Shown in pieces: positions 42,235 to 53,503 of a DNA stretch of 64,000 nucleotides. The notes under the pieces were generated by a model that made no database searches, was not told the origin of the DNA, and saw only the letters and a program-made list of their open reading frames with translations. Source of the DNA: an uncultured candidate division Zixibacteria bacterium (GTDB lineage: Bacteria > Zixibacteria > MSB-5A5 > UBA10806); assembly GCA_963801605.1 (NCBI GenBank), contig CAWDFP010000011.1, positions 1-64,000 of the forward strand, written 5' to 3'. The position numbers and the translations under genes are program-made. How positions within the stretch are numbered: the stretch's first letter is position 1; each line of letters starts with the position of its first letter.

Positions 42235-44312
42235 AAAAGACCGTTAAACAAAGAGATTATTTTAATCCTGCGATTGTAGGAGTGTTAGCCTTTGTCCTGC
42301 GGCTATGGAATACCCTCGCTCAAGGCAACGATTTCTACGCCAATTTCCTCTCTGACGCCTCAACCTATCGTGTCTGGGCGGCAAAATTGGCAGCGGGCGG
42401 CACGTATGGCGAACCCGTGTTTCAGATGGGGCCACTGTATCCATATTTTTTGTATATCAATTTGAAGCTCGGAATCGGAAATTATTCAGTCCTGTTTGCG
42501 CAGGCGATACTTGGATCGCTCGTAGCAGTGATGGTTTATTATATTGCCAAAAGCATTTTCTGCAAATGGGCGGGGTTGATTTCAGGATTGCTGACCGCAA
42601 TCTATGCGCCGTTTATTTTCTACGATGGCCTCCTGCTTTCGGAATCGATACAGATATTTCTGCTGGCCGCGGCACTGCTTCTATTAGTATTGGAAACGAA
42701 AAAGTATCGCCTGCCAATCTTGCTGACTGCGGGGATATTTATCGGGTTGACGGCGTTGGGACGCGCTACAATACTTTTCTTTCCGTTGGCGCTGGCGCTG
42801 TATTGGTTGTTTCGCTTTTACAAATCGAAAGTACGATATAACAAAGAGATTATAACAAAAATCGGGATTCTCCTGGCGGGAGTGCTGATCGGCATTTTGC
42901 CCGCTGCGCTGCACAATTTGTCGTATGGCGATTTCGTATTGATATCATCCAACACCGGTATCAATTTTTATATCGGAAATAATACGGCCTCCACCGGCGC
43001 GTATGAGGTGCCGCCCGGTCTCGATCTCACCACCGATTTTACGGGCCGTCAGGTGGCCGAGCGCGAAATGGGGCATCGTCTCAAAAGCTCCGAGGTATCA
43101 TCGTACTGGACGGGGAAGACGTTGGCTGATATAACGCACAATCCCGGCAAATTTGTCGGTGTATTATTCGAGAAGGCCTGGCTGTATCTCTGGTATTACG
43201 ATATTTCGCAGGCGGAATCGATTGAAATCCAAAATATATTCTCGCCGGTTTTCAAGCTGCCGTTGGCGGGATTTGGCTTTATCATGATTTTGGGCTCGAT
43301 AGGTTTAATCTGGGCCAAAGCCGATGAACGTCGATGGATACTGATTCTGTTGTTCCTTTCGAGCTTGGCGGGCACGGTGCTGTTTTTTGTGATTGGGCGA
43401 TTTAAGTTAGTAGGGGCGCTGCCGCTCTTGATATCGTCAGGCACCGGAACGATTTTGCTATTCAATGCATTCAAGAAACGAGTCTGGAAAGCGGCCGCGA
43501 AATTTGTTATTACGGGGATTATCGTTCTGCTTATTGTATTGCTTCCGAGATCGTTCGATCGCCGCGTGAAGTTAGCGTCGGCATACGATAATGTGGGAAT
43601 CTTCTATTACTATAAAAACAAACCGGCTGATTCGATCAAGTGGTATCGGATGGCGGAGAAGGTGTCGCCGGATTATTCGGCGAGCCTCAATAATATCGGC
43701 ACCTACTTTTATTCGCAGGGGCAGCTTGATTCATCGGAATATTATTTCAAGAGGTCGCTTGAGGTCGATTCGCTATCGGATAAAACGCTGCTCAATCTGG
43801 GACGAATTTCTCTGGATAAGGGGAAACTCGATTTGGCCAAAGCATACTACGAGCGCGCCAGGGATGTTGCTCCGTTTGGCACCTCGGCGCAGGCGGCGTT
43901 GGCCGAGCTCGCGAAGCGGACGTTGGGAGGAGATACTATATCAGGCGCCGGATCGGCAGGATTTGAGACGTTGTTTCGCAGCGCCGAGCAGTTCGCCGCG
44001 CGCGGGCAGTTCGATCAGGCGGAGCGGTATTATTTAGAGGCGTTAAAGCTCAACGGCAACGATATCAAAGCGCTCAACAATCTCGGATTCGCCTACCAGG
44101 CGCAAAAGAAGTATATGGAAGCCGCCAGCAGTTTCGATAGGGTCCTCAAGCTTTCGCCCGACAACGCGGTTGCCTACAACAATCTGGCGGGCACGATTTA
44201 TCAGATGGGCTTGATAGATTCCTCGATTACGCTCTGGGAAAAGGCGGTAAAGATCGATCCGTCAAATCAGCAGTTCCAAAACAATCTAAATTTTGTGAAG
44301 AAGAAAAGATGA
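42231..44312 (+). CDS. GT-C (PMT/GT39-like) membrane glycosyltransferase with C-terminal TPR repeats
   Basis: PLYPYFL, GINFYIGNN, many TM segments, ALNNLG/AYNNLA TPR repeats. Confidence 0.8.
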   Translation: MKKTVKQRDYFNPAIVGVLAFVLRLWNTLAQGNDFYANFLSDASTYRVWAAKLAAGGTYGEPVFQMGPLYPYFLYINLKLGIGNYSVLFAQAILGSLVAVMVYYIAKSIFCKWAGLISGLLTAIYAPFIFYDGLLLSESIQIFLLAAALLLLVLETKKYRLPILLTAGIFIGLTALGRATILFFPLALALYWLFRFYKSKVRYNKEIITKIGILLAGVLIGILPAALHNLSYGDFVLISSNTGINFYIGNNTASTGAYEVPPGLDLTTDFTGRQVAEREMGHRLKSSEVSSYWTGKTLADITHNPGKFVGVLFEKAWLYLWYYDISQAESIEIQNIFSPVFKLPLAGFGFIMILGSIGLIWAKADERRWILILLFLSSLAGTVLFFVIGRFKLVGALPLLISSGTGTILLFNAFKKRVWKAAAKFVITGIIVLLIVLLPRSFDRRVKLASAYDNVGIFYYYKNKPADSIKWYRMAEKVSPDYSASLNNIGTYFYSQGQLDSSEYYFKRSLEVDSLSDKTLLNLGRISLDKGKLDLAKAYYERARDVAPFGTSAQAALAELAKRTLGGDTISGAGSAGFETLFRSAEQFAARGQFDQAERYYLEALKLNGNDIKALNNLGFAYQAQKKYMEAASSFDRVLKLSPDNAVAYNNLAGTIYQMGLIDSSITLWEKAVKIDPSNQQFQNNLNFVKKKR

Positions 44313-44316
44313 CCTC

Positions 44317-45322
44317 CGTAGGGTGAGCTAACGTGTTTGCTCAAAATCAATTTAGCCACAAGTTGTCATTGCGAGGATTGTCCGCTTCTGACAATCCGAA
44401 GCAATCCCCCCGCATAAACGCGCCATCCTGCAGTAGCGTAGGTCCCCTGGGACCTGCGAGCTAAGCTTCAATCAAAATTAATTTCATGCATGGATTTAGA
44501 TAATATTGGATTTGGCTTATTATTGTGTCTCTCAATTTACGCCTTTGTAATTCTCCTTTTGCGTTTATTTCGGTTTGTCAAATCTCCCAGGCTTTAGTGG
44601 ACGAAGAGATTTGAGCTACCATTTTGTCGGGTTTCTCGGAATCCGACCAACGATTCTGTTTTCAAAGCCCCTTATTGTAAGGGGGCGGTCCCGGGACCAA
44701 TTATTGCCCTTTACAAGGTGGGACCTGCCCTTGCTTTCGCCGCGATTTTCCCGTCGCTCAAAGGAGGTCTTACTGACCCTCCTCATTACGAAGGGGAGCG
44801 GTGACAGCCGACTCCGAGGGGAGTCCGGAGGACCCCGATGGGTCCTGAGAGAACCGCAATGGGTCCTAAAAGGACAGCCACCAAGTGGAAAGGTTATGTG
44901 GCCACAATCATCCTTCCATCTTTATAGCCCTTAGAAATCAAAATGCACTTTGAACGCGTTTTAGGGGCCTTGCAAGAGCGAAAAGGGGGATCAGCAAAAT
45001 TGGCCTCCACGGAGAGGGAGGGATTTTTCGGTTTTGGGATTTTGGGGGCAAAAATATTCTTGACACGACTTTTATTTTGGTGGGTGGTGCCGTTGTCACC
45101 TAACCCGATAGCAAAAAATACAATCATTGCGAGGTCGTTTTGATGCCGAAGCAATCTGAATGCTTTTAACGAGAGTAATTTAATGCATAGATTCAGATCG
45201 CCTCGCGTTTTGTCTGCGACAAACCGCTCGCGATGACAACGAAAGGCAGTGGCGTCGGGTCTCCGAACCCGACGCAAACGATGTTGCGGTCAGGATCGGG
45301 GTCCTGACCGCACGATTGGAGT
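44317..45322. repeat. Intergenic region dense in REP-like palindromes of several families
   Basis: gtaggtcccctgggacct, cgtcgggtctccgaacccgacg, cggtcaggatcggggtcctgaccg, tcattgcgag...cgaagcaatc elements. Confidence 0.7.
44761..44920. ncRNA. Candidate multi-hairpin structured RNA (unassigned)
   Basis: Six closely packed stems including a three-way junction closed by gcggt/accgc. Confidence 0.3.
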
Positions 45323-45496
45323 CTGAAGGTGGCGAATTTAGTTGGCAGCAACCGGACTAATAATTCTTGACGGATGAGCAAATAAATATTATTGATAATG
45401 CCTAGAAAACAACTGAGCTTTAATTGGGAACCAATTTATATTTTGAAATTATTCTGCAAAGAAAGTTCAAATACACTCATTTGAGGGAGTATTCCA

Positions 45497-45822
45497 ATGA
45501 TAAATATGAGTAATACAAATGTCAAAGAAGATTATAACAAATTACTTTCGACAGTCGTCCGATTACATGGCTTGGTTGGTTCATTTTTGCATTAGGTTTC
45601 ATTGTATTAATATTTGTTATATTAACAGTATTAAAAAGTGTAAATACGATTCGCGAAATAAACCTATTTATTGCGCCTTTGCTTGTCGGTTTTTCTTTTC
45701 TTCTATGCGGGCTTATGCTGGCCGTGTTTGGGCAGATTATTTCCTGTATTGTATCGATTGAAAGAAACACCAGAGAAACTCTGGACATTCTGGTCAAAAG
45801 AGAAAAAAATATTTCTGAATGA
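45497..45822 (+). CDS. Small two-TM membrane protein, frameshifted (not in the ORF track)
   Basis: GAGGGAG RBS; MINMSNTNVKEDYNKLL then, in another frame, LGWFIFALGFIV...FGQIISCIVSIERNTRETL...*. Confidence 0.5.
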
Positions 45823-46268
45823 AATCGGAGAATTGACGAAAGGTATTCTTATGTTAAAACCGCGGGGGTTTAGCATAAAACTTCTCTCAACGCCCATTCC
45901 CCTGCCCACTCCTAACCCCGTAACCTCTTCTGAAGTTATAAAATTATTATCATGATGCGGTCACAATAAAGGTGACACGCATATATACTCAAGCCCCGTG
46001 TGCATGGCGTATGGCCTCATGCGCCATCCCACTCGCAAAAAAACGGCAGACGAGGTCATTTGACTTTAAGGAGGTGTCTGCCGACCAGATTATTCCCGTG
46101 GTGCCAGGTCTCCGCACGTGGTACCTGTTGGTGTCGGGTTCGGAGACCCGACACGACGGCGTTGCGCTCCTTGACTCCCGCCCGCATTCCCGCTATATTT
46201 AGTCTATATGGCATGCAAATATATTTGTGCCAAACACGTCTTCCTGAATTACCAAGGAGGGGTAAGCC

Positions 46269-46751
46269 ATGAATCTCGAGGAATACCAACTTGCCATGCC
46301 CGAGGGCTGCAATGTCATCTTGGGGCACTCCCATTTCATCAAAACCGCCGAGGACCTCTATGAAGTCATGGTCAACGCCAGCGCCGCAGTCAAGTTCGGG
46401 CTGGCTTTCTCCGAGGCCTCCGGCCCCTGCCTGGTGCGTGTCGAGGGGAACGACGACGAGCTAAAAGGGTTAGCGTCCAAAGCGCTGATGGATATGGGAT
46501 GCGGACATACATTCATTATTTATCTGAAAAATGCCTTCCCGATTAACTTTACGGGAGCAATCAAGGCCTGTCCCGAAGTTTGTAGGATAATCGCCGCCAC
46601 CGCCAACCCTCTTACGGTCCTGATCGCGCGGACCGAGCAGGGGGGAGGCATTATCGGTGTGGTCGATGGTTCCGCGCCCAAAGGCGTAGAAGGCGATAAT
46701 GATGTCGCGGCCCGGAAGAAATTCTTGAGAGATATCGGATACAAAAGATAA
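46269..46751 (+). CDS. Adenosine-specific kinase family (DUF355)
   Basis: NVILGHSHFIKTAEDLYE, FGLAFSEASGPCLVR, ATANP, GVVDG, IGYKR. Confidence 0.9.
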   Translation: MNLEEYQLAMPEGCNVILGHSHFIKTAEDLYEVMVNASAAVKFGLAFSEASGPCLVRVEGNDDELKGLASKALMDMGCGHTFIIYLKNAFPINFTGAIKACPEVCRIIAATANPLTVLIARTEQGGGIIGVVDGSAPKGVEGDNDVAARKKFLRDIGYKR

Positions 46752-47737
46752 TGCGATTAGTTGACGGCATCCGTTTCGGCGAGCATTTCGCTATCGATCC
46801 AACCAGCAAAACCAAGCTGGCGGTGATCAGCCATGCCCACAGCGACCATCTGCGTTCGCATGTCAAGCTGATCGCCACAGCGCCGACGCTCGATATGGCT
46901 CATCTGCTTTATAAGAAATTCGAGGAGGAGGAGTTACCATTCCATAAGCCGCTTGAGATCGGCCCGGCTACGGTGGAACTGGTTCCGGCAGGCCACATGT
47001 TAGGTTCGGCGCAGGTGATTATCGACTGGCACGGCGAACGGATCGTTTACACCGGCGATTTCAAACTCGAAGAGAACCTGACCTGCCCCAAAGCGGAGAT
47101 TCATCCCTGCGATATTCTATTGATAGACACGACCTACGGCCGTCCACGCTACAAATTCCCGCCGATCTCCGAGGTTAAGGAGATGCTGCTGGATTTCGTC
47201 TCCAAAAATCTCAAGGACAGTATCACGCCGATGATCTTAGCCTACTCGACCGGTAAATCGCAAGAAGCGATGAAGATGTTAGGTGACGCCGGGTACGAGA
47301 TGGATGTCCATCACAAAGCTTATGATATGGCGCAGATATATATCAAGCATGGCGTCAAAATTAAGAATATCCACAAGCTGGAGGAGAAACCGACGCCGGG
47401 CCGGGTGGTGATTATGCCTCCGGGCGCGATACGCTATATGAATACCTACGGCTGGGGACGATTCAAAACCTGTTTTCTCTCCGGCTGGACACTCGATAAA
47501 AGGTACGGCACTTACGGCGGCAAAGGGTACGGCATACCATTTACCGATCATGCCGGATTCGATGATATTATCCGCTATGTGGAAGAGGCTAAGCCCCGGC
47601 GCATCTTTACGCTGTTCGGGCCGCCCGAGATTGCGGAATATCTCTGCCGCCTGGGATTTAAAGCCCAGCCGGCGACCTTCAACTCCGGCCACTCGGTCAC
47701 ACCCAGAACGAAAACGAATTTAGAGTTATTCGAATGA
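46751..47737 (+). CDS. MBL-fold beta-CASP-like nuclease
   Basis: SHAHSDH, AGHMLGS, YTGDF, DTTYG, TDHA. Confidence 0.85.
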   Translation: MRLVDGIRFGEHFAIDPTSKTKLAVISHAHSDHLRSHVKLIATAPTLDMAHLLYKKFEEEELPFHKPLEIGPATVELVPAGHMLGSAQVIIDWHGERIVYTGDFKLEENLTCPKAEIHPCDILLIDTTYGRPRYKFPPISEVKEMLLDFVSKNLKDSITPMILAYSTGKSQEAMKMLGDAGYEMDVHHKAYDMAQIYIKHGVKIKNIHKLEEKPTPGRVVIMPPGAIRYMNTYGWGRFKTCFLSGWTLDKRYGTYGGKGYGIPFTDHAGFDDIIRYVEEAKPRRIFTLFGPPEIAEYLCRLGFKAQPATFNSGHSVTPRTKTNLELFE

Positions 47738-48651
47738 ATCCAATTATAGTCGCGAAATCGCTTGTCAAAACATACGATGATTTGACGGCGGTAGATAAGA
47801 TTGATTTTAGCATTGCCGAGGGTGAAGCGTTCGGTTTCCTCGGACCCAACGGCGCGGGCAAGACCACAACCATGAAGATGATCTACTGCTTCGTGCCGCC
47901 AACATCGGGTACATTGGAAGTGGCGGGTCTCGATGTCACCAAACAGCCGCGCAAGATTAAATCGCTGCTGGGTGTCGTACCGCAGGACGACTCGCTCGAT
48001 CCCGATCTGACCGTATTTGGAAATCTAATCACCTACTCGCGTTATTATGAGGTGCCCAAAAAGATAGCAATCGAGCGCTCCAACTCACTGCTTGCGATGA
48101 TGTCGCTATCCGAAAAGCGCAACGTGGTGATCGATGATCTTTCCGGCGGTATGAAACGTCGTTTGCTGATTGCGCGCGGGCTTATCAATAACCCCAGGAT
48201 TTTAATATTGGATGAGCCCACCACCGGACTCGATCCTCAAGCGCGGCATATGGTCTGGTCGAAGCTGCGCGAATTGAAAGAATCCGGGATAACGATTATC
48301 CTGACCACTCATTACATGGAGGAGGCCGCCCGTCTCTGCGACCGCCTGGTGATGATGAACAACGGCAGGATTTTGGAAGAAGGCTCTCCGCTTGAACTGA
48401 TAAAAAAGCATATCGGCCAGGAAGTTTTCGAGGTTGATTATGTCGATGAGGCTCTGTTCGATAAAATAAAAGTTGCGCTGGGCGATAAAGAGTCAATCGA
48501 GCATTACAGCGATCGGGTTTACATTTACACTCGTTCGGCAAGCGAGACGGCTTTGCAGCTCCAGCATCTTAATTTGAGGGCGGTGACCGAACGCAAGGCC
48601 GATCTTGAGGACGTGTTTCTCAAACTGACCGGCAGGACGCTGATAGAATAG
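47734..48651 (+). CDS. ABC transporter ATPase (NodI-like)
   Basis: GPNGAGKTT, LSGGMKRRL, DEPTTGLDPQAR, TTHYMEEA. Confidence 0.92.
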   Translation: MNPIIVAKSLVKTYDDLTAVDKIDFSIAEGEAFGFLGPNGAGKTTTMKMIYCFVPPTSGTLEVAGLDVTKQPRKIKSLLGVVPQDDSLDPDLTVFGNLITYSRYYEVPKKIAIERSNSLLAMMSLSEKRNVVIDDLSGGMKRRLLIARGLINNPRILILDEPTTGLDPQARHMVWSKLRELKESGITIILTTHYMEEAARLCDRLVMMNNGRILEEGSPLELIKKHIGQEVFEVDYVDEALFDKIKVALGDKESIEHYSDRVYIYTRSASETALQLQHLNLRAVTERKADLEDVFLKLTGRTLIE

Positions 48652-48751
48652 AAAGGAATTTGGGTATCATAATTTATTATGACCCCAAATTGGCTAAGTT
48701 GCGGTCACAATAAATTGTGACACTCAACATAGGGCATTAATAAAATAGATT

Positions 48752-49528
48752 ATGAACCTAAACCCCTTCAAAGGCGTTTCACATCGAGCCTATTACGTAT
48801 TTCTGCGGCATCGCGATGTTTTTGTCAAGATGATCGCGACATCGCTGATACCGCCATTTCTCGATCCGCTGTTTTATCTCCTCGGCATGGGTTATGGCCT
48901 GGGCAGCATGATCAGCCCGATCCACGGCATGACCTATGTGCAGTTTATCGCTCCGGCGCTGGTGGCCTCGGTGATGATGACTGCACCGTTTTTCGAGTGC
49001 ACCGTGGGGACATTTGTCAGGATCGAATACCAGAAAACGTTCGACGCCATGATTTCAACGCCGCTTTCGACCGAGGATGTGGTCACCGGAGATATCATGT
49101 ATGGCGCCGGTCGAGCTACGCTTCAAGGAACAGCGATTTTGATCGTTATCACGGCGTTCGGGCTGGTCCAATCACCCTGGGCGATAATGATAATACCGTT
49201 ATGTTTTTTATTGGGATTGGTTTATGGTTCGATGGCCATGTTGTATACATCGTTTATACCGGCTATCAATTATGTCGATTATTTTTTCACGCTGATCATG
49301 ACGCCGATGTTTATTTTCGCGGGCACGTTTTTCCCGGTGTCTCAATTACCGCATTGGGCGCAGAAAGTAGCCTGGTTTATGCCGCTTTATCATACTGTGA
49401 ATATTACGCGCGCTCTGAATGTAGGTAATATCGGAGATATCTGGGGCAACATGCTTTGGATGCTTGTATGCGGCCTTATATTTTATTCTCTGGCCTTGTG
49501 GCGGATGCGGCACAGGTTGGTCAAATAA
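48752..49528 (+). CDS. ABC-2 permease (NodJ-like)
   Basis: Six TM segments; QKTFDAMISTPL, FAGTFFP. Confidence 0.9.
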   Translation: MNLNPFKGVSHRAYYVFLRHRDVFVKMIATSLIPPFLDPLFYLLGMGYGLGSMISPIHGMTYVQFIAPALVASVMMTAPFFECTVGTFVRIEYQKTFDAMISTPLSTEDVVTGDIMYGAGRATLQGTAILIVITAFGLVQSPWAIMIIPLCFLLGLVYGSMAMLYTSFIPAINYVDYFFTLIMTPMFIFAGTFFPVSQLPHWAQKVAWFMPLYHTVNITRALNVGNIGDIWGNMLWMLVCGLIFYSLALWRMRHRLVK

Positions 49529-49659
49529 TGGTAAGCTGTTAAATCGTATCGGGTTATGTAATTTCATCGGGTCATTTGTGTTGACAGGCAATTTTATATA
49601 TTCTATGTTGATGAGAATAAAGGGGGGGAGTGGTTGATTTCATCATTTGGGGAGAATGA

Positions 49660-51000
49660 ATGTCCAAACTGCTAATATCTGTTTCTGGTGTGCGCGGAGT
49701 AATTGGGGATAGTTTGACCGCGCAAGTGGCGCTTGATTACGCTGAAGCTTTCGGAACCTACCTCAAAGGCGGTAAGGTGGCCATTGGCGGGGATACCCGT
49801 CGCACAGGCCCCATGATTAAATCGGCGGCTATAGCGGGGCTGTTAGCTACCGGGCATGACGTTATCGATATCGGTATCGTTCCCACTCCGACAGTCGAAA
49901 TAGCCGTTCGCGACGGTGGTTTTGCAGGCGGTTTGGCTGTAACCGCCAGTCATAATCCAGATGAATACAATGCCTTGAAGCTGATCGGTCCGGGCGGCAT
50001 GTTTCTTTCGCAGCCTCAAGCCGAAAAGGTTAATGATTATTATAAGCGTAAATTTGTCAAACGTGTCCCCTGGCAAAAAGTTGGCCAGGTATCCTCCGAC
50101 TATAGATGGATCGAACATCATATAGATTCAATCCTCAATCTCGATATCATTTCATCAGGTACAATTGCCAAACGAGGGTTAAAGGTAGTGGCCGATTGCG
50201 TCGGCAGCACGGCAGCGTTCATGGCGGGAAGATTTTTCTCGAGCCTGGGAGTTCAATATAAATTGATAAACTCGGAAATCGGGGAGCGCTTCCCTCATCC
50301 TCCGGAACCGGTGCCTGCGAATCTGGGCCAACTGGGCAAGGCAGTCAAGAGCGCGGGAGCCGATATCGGTTTTGCGTTTGATCCCGATTCCGACCGTCTG
50401 GCAATCGTGGACGAGACAGGAAACCCCCTCGGCGAAGAGTACACACTTGCGCTGGGATGTCGATATATCTTACAGTGCAAGAAAGGCCCGATTGCGGTCA
50501 ACATTTCAAGTTCGCTTCTAAACGATTTTGTTGCCCGAGAAGCCGGAACTAAGATCTATCGTACCAAAGTTGGAGAGAGAAACGTTACCGAGAAGCTAAT
50601 GCTGATCAAGGGAGTGGCCGGTGGCGAGGGTAACGGGGGCCTGATTTACCCGCGTTTACACTGGGGACGGGATGGATTTTTGGCGGCGGCGGTGATATTG
50701 CAATATCTGGCATCAACCAGAAGAACTATCAGTCAAATTGCCGGGGAACTTCCGCAGTATTCCATGCTTAAAACCAAGGTTAATGGTACCCGGCAGGATA
50801 TCGAGAGAAAAACAAAAGCGATTAAAAAAGTTTTTCCTCAGGCGAAGATAAGTCAAGTCGATGGTATTAAAATTTCAGGCGATAACTGGTGGGTGCAAAT
50901 TCGGGCATCCAATACCGAACCGATAGCGCGTCTGATGGCCGAAGCCCAGGATCTCAAAGAGGCAAAGCGTCTAATAGCGGCCGTCAAATCTGTACTTTAG
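49660..51000 (+). CDS. glmM: Phosphoglucosamine mutase / phosphohexomutase
   Basis: SVSGVRG, TASHNP, DPDSDR, RASNTEP; adjacent to glmS. Confidence 0.85.
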   Translation: MSKLLISVSGVRGVIGDSLTAQVALDYAEAFGTYLKGGKVAIGGDTRRTGPMIKSAAIAGLLATGHDVIDIGIVPTPTVEIAVRDGGFAGGLAVTASHNPDEYNALKLIGPGGMFLSQPQAEKVNDYYKRKFVKRVPWQKVGQVSSDYRWIEHHIDSILNLDIISSGTIAKRGLKVVADCVGSTAAFMAGRFFSSLGVQYKLINSEIGERFPHPPEPVPANLGQLGKAVKSAGADIGFAFDPDSDRLAIVDETGNPLGEEYTLALGCRYILQCKKGPIAVNISSSLLNDFVAREAGTKIYRTKVGERNVTEKLMLIKGVAGGEGNGGLIYPRLHWGRDGFLAAAVILQYLASTRRTISQIAGELPQYSMLKTKVNGTRQDIERKTKAIKKVFPQAKISQVDGIKISGDNWWVQIRASNTEPIARLMAEAQDLKEAKRLIAAVKSVL

Positions 51001-51018
51001 CAAATTGGGAGGAATTAT

Positions 51019-52846
51019 ATGTGCGGTATAGTTGGATATGTCGGGCCCAGAAAAGCATACCCGCTTTTGATGGATGGCCTTCAGCGGCTGGAATACAGGG
51101 GATATGATTCCGCCGGTGTTGCTCTTCTTGAAAACGGCACTATGGTAATTCAGAAGAACGCCGGGAAGATCGCAGTATTAGCAGAGAAACTTAAAGATTG
51201 CGATTTTCAGGCAACCACCGGTATCGCTCATACTCGTTGGGCTACTCATGGCGAACCAACCGACTTGAATGCTCATCCGCACACGGGTAATTCCGGCAAG
51301 ATTGCCGTTGTTCATAACGGTATTATCGAAAACTATGGCGCGCTAAAGGAAGTCCTCAAACAGCAGGGTCATGTTTTCAAGACCGATACCGATACCGAGA
51401 TACTGGCGCATCTAATCGAGGAATATTACGAAGGCAATCTCATGCAGGCAGTCCGCCGCGCCCTGACTCAGGTCGAGGGAACCTACGGCATTGCAGTTAT
51501 CTGTACCGATAATCCCGAAATAATGGTAGCGGCTCGTTCGGGTTCACCGCTTGTTATTGGCAGCGGGGAGGGTGAAAATTTCGTGGCATCCGATGTGGCC
51601 GCTCTGCTTCGGCATACCAACCGGGTAGTATATCTCGAAGACGGCGAATTGGCCGAAATCACTCCGAAAGGCTTTTCGATCACGACCTTAAATGATGTGG
51701 TGGTTTCCCCTCATTTGCAGGAGATCTCCTGGAGTCTCGATATGATCGAAAAGGGCGGATTCAAGCATTTTATGCTGAAGGAGATTTTCGAGCAACCCGA
51801 GACGCTAAAAAACGCTGTCAGGGGCCGTCTGAATTTTGCGGAGGCAACTGCCCGTCTCAACGGACTCAATCTTCAATATGACGAGCTGAGGCATATCAAG
51901 CGCGTCATTATAACCGCTTGCGGAACGAGCTGGCATGCCGCGTTGATAGGTGAATATCTGATCGAAGAGTATGCCCGTGTTCCGGTCGAGGTTGAGTATG
52001 CCTCGGAATTCCGTTATAGAAGCCCAATCATTCATCCCGGTACCATCGTTTTCGTAATTTCGCAATCGGGCGAGACCGCCGATACGCTGGCGGCCATGCG
52101 TGAAGCTAAGCGCAAAGGCGCCACCTGTTTGGGAATCTGCAACGTGGTTGGCTCGACTATCGCCAGGGAATCTGATGGCGGTGTGTATATTCACGCCGGT
52201 CCCGAGATCGGGGTGGCGTCGACTAAGGCGTTCACCTCGCAGATAACGGTGCTGTCGCTAATCACGATTCTACTCGCCCGTATGAGAACGATGTCGATCG
52301 AAAAAGGGCAGGAGATGATTCGGGCGCTCTATAGCGTACCCGATGAGGTCAAAAAGGTACTGGGCCTAAATGACAAGATAAAGGAGATCGCCGGAAAATA
52401 TTATAACAAGAATAACTTCCTTTATCTGGGACGCGGTTTCAATTTCCCGGTGGCTCTCGAGGGCGCCTTAAAACTTAAGGAAATCAGTTATATCCATGCC
52501 GAGGGTTATCCGGCCGCAGAGATGAAGCATGGGCCGATTGCTCTTATAGATGAAAATATGCCGGTGGTGGTTCTGGCTCCCCAGGATTCAGCCTACAGCA
52601 AGATCACATCCAATCTTCAAGAGATAAAAGCGCGCCGGGGGAAAATTATCGCGATTGCCACCGAAGGTGATGAGAAGATCAAAGAATTAGCCGAGGAAGT
52701 TATTTATCTACCGAAAGTGCACGAGTTTATTCTTCCGATGGTGGCTACCATTCCGTTGCAGCTTTTAGCATATCATATCGCGGTATTAAGAGGCTGCGAT
52801 GTCGATCAGCCGCGCAATCTTAGCTAAAAGCGTAACAGTCGAATAA
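51019..52846 (+). CDS. glmS: Glutamine-fructose-6-phosphate transaminase; +1 frameshift in the last codons
   Basis: MCGIVG, HTRWATHG, SQSGETAD; removing one base restores the conserved PRNLAKSVTVE*. Confidence 0.96.
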
Positions 52847-52866
52847 ATTCAGCCTAAATAAATTTT

Positions 52867-52897
52867 AAGGCGTCCGAAATATTTTTTGGACGCCTTA
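52867..52897. terminator. Bidirectional terminator
   Basis: aaggcgtcc/ggacgcctt stem between convergent genes. Confidence 0.65.
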
Positions 52898-52960
52898 TTT
52901 ATTGATATATTTTGCTTCAGAAATGATTGAGTAAGAGCGGCCGTTGAAAAAACGGTAAGG

Positions 52961-53503
52961 CTACTTGTTTTCTTCCATCTGCTTTAGAACTGATAAATAT
53001 TTCGCCTCGGTGCCGTCCTTTTCCCGTTCAACGCGATCAAATTCGGGCTGCATCTGATCGATGCCGTCCTCGCCAAGAGCGTTTTCGGCCATCGGATAGA
53101 GGACCATATCTTCCTTGCGAATATGCTGACGGAGAAGCTGGGCATAGCTTCTGGCATTTCTGACGATCTCGATTTTTGCGCCGGTGTCACCTGATGCGTA
53201 TTTATCGTTGGCAGTTTCGATTGCCGAAATCAAATCCCGTCCCTGGTCATGTTCCTGAAGCATGACCGCAACCGGCCCGGCCTGGGTGGGAAATCCGGCT
53301 TTTCCCAGTCGCACGAAAAGGATATCCTCCTCTTTGGCGTGGTGATATTTATCGGCGTAATTGCGAATAAAATCTATCGATTTCCGAAAATACTCCGGTG
53401 CGATATTATGCCCCTTCTCGAGCTTATCCGCTCCCTTTTCGAGAAGGTCGATTCCCTTGAGAATTACCTGATGTTCAGATTTTAGTTTTTCTATCGGATT
53501 CAT
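52961..53503 (-). CDS. Hemerythrin/HHE cation-binding domain protein
   Basis: EH, HHAKEEDILF, EHDQGR, HIRKEDMVLYP. Confidence 0.9.
   Translation of the reverse strand: MNPIEKLKSEHQVILKGIDLLEKGADKLEKGHNIAPEYFRKSIDFIRNYADKYHHAKEEDILFVRLGKAGFPTQAGPVAVMLQEHDQGRDLISAIETANDKYASGDTGAKIEIVRNARSYAQLLRQHIRKEDMVLYPMAENALGEDGIDQMQPEFDRVEREKDGTEAKYLSVLKQMEENK

Noticed and set aside
44790..44880. Glycine, TPP or guanidine riboswitch assignment
   Set aside because: Isolated matches (ctgaga, ctctcagg, aaaaggac) are not in the required order or strand; kept as an unassigned candidate.
44575..45381. ORFs 44575-44934, 44894-45277, 44943-45143, 45193-45381
   Set aside because: They run through palindromic repeats and have no recognisable domains or convincing starts.
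49530..51018. glmS ribozyme
   Set aside because: glmS follows glmM by 18 nt, and I saw no ribozyme core upstream of either gene.
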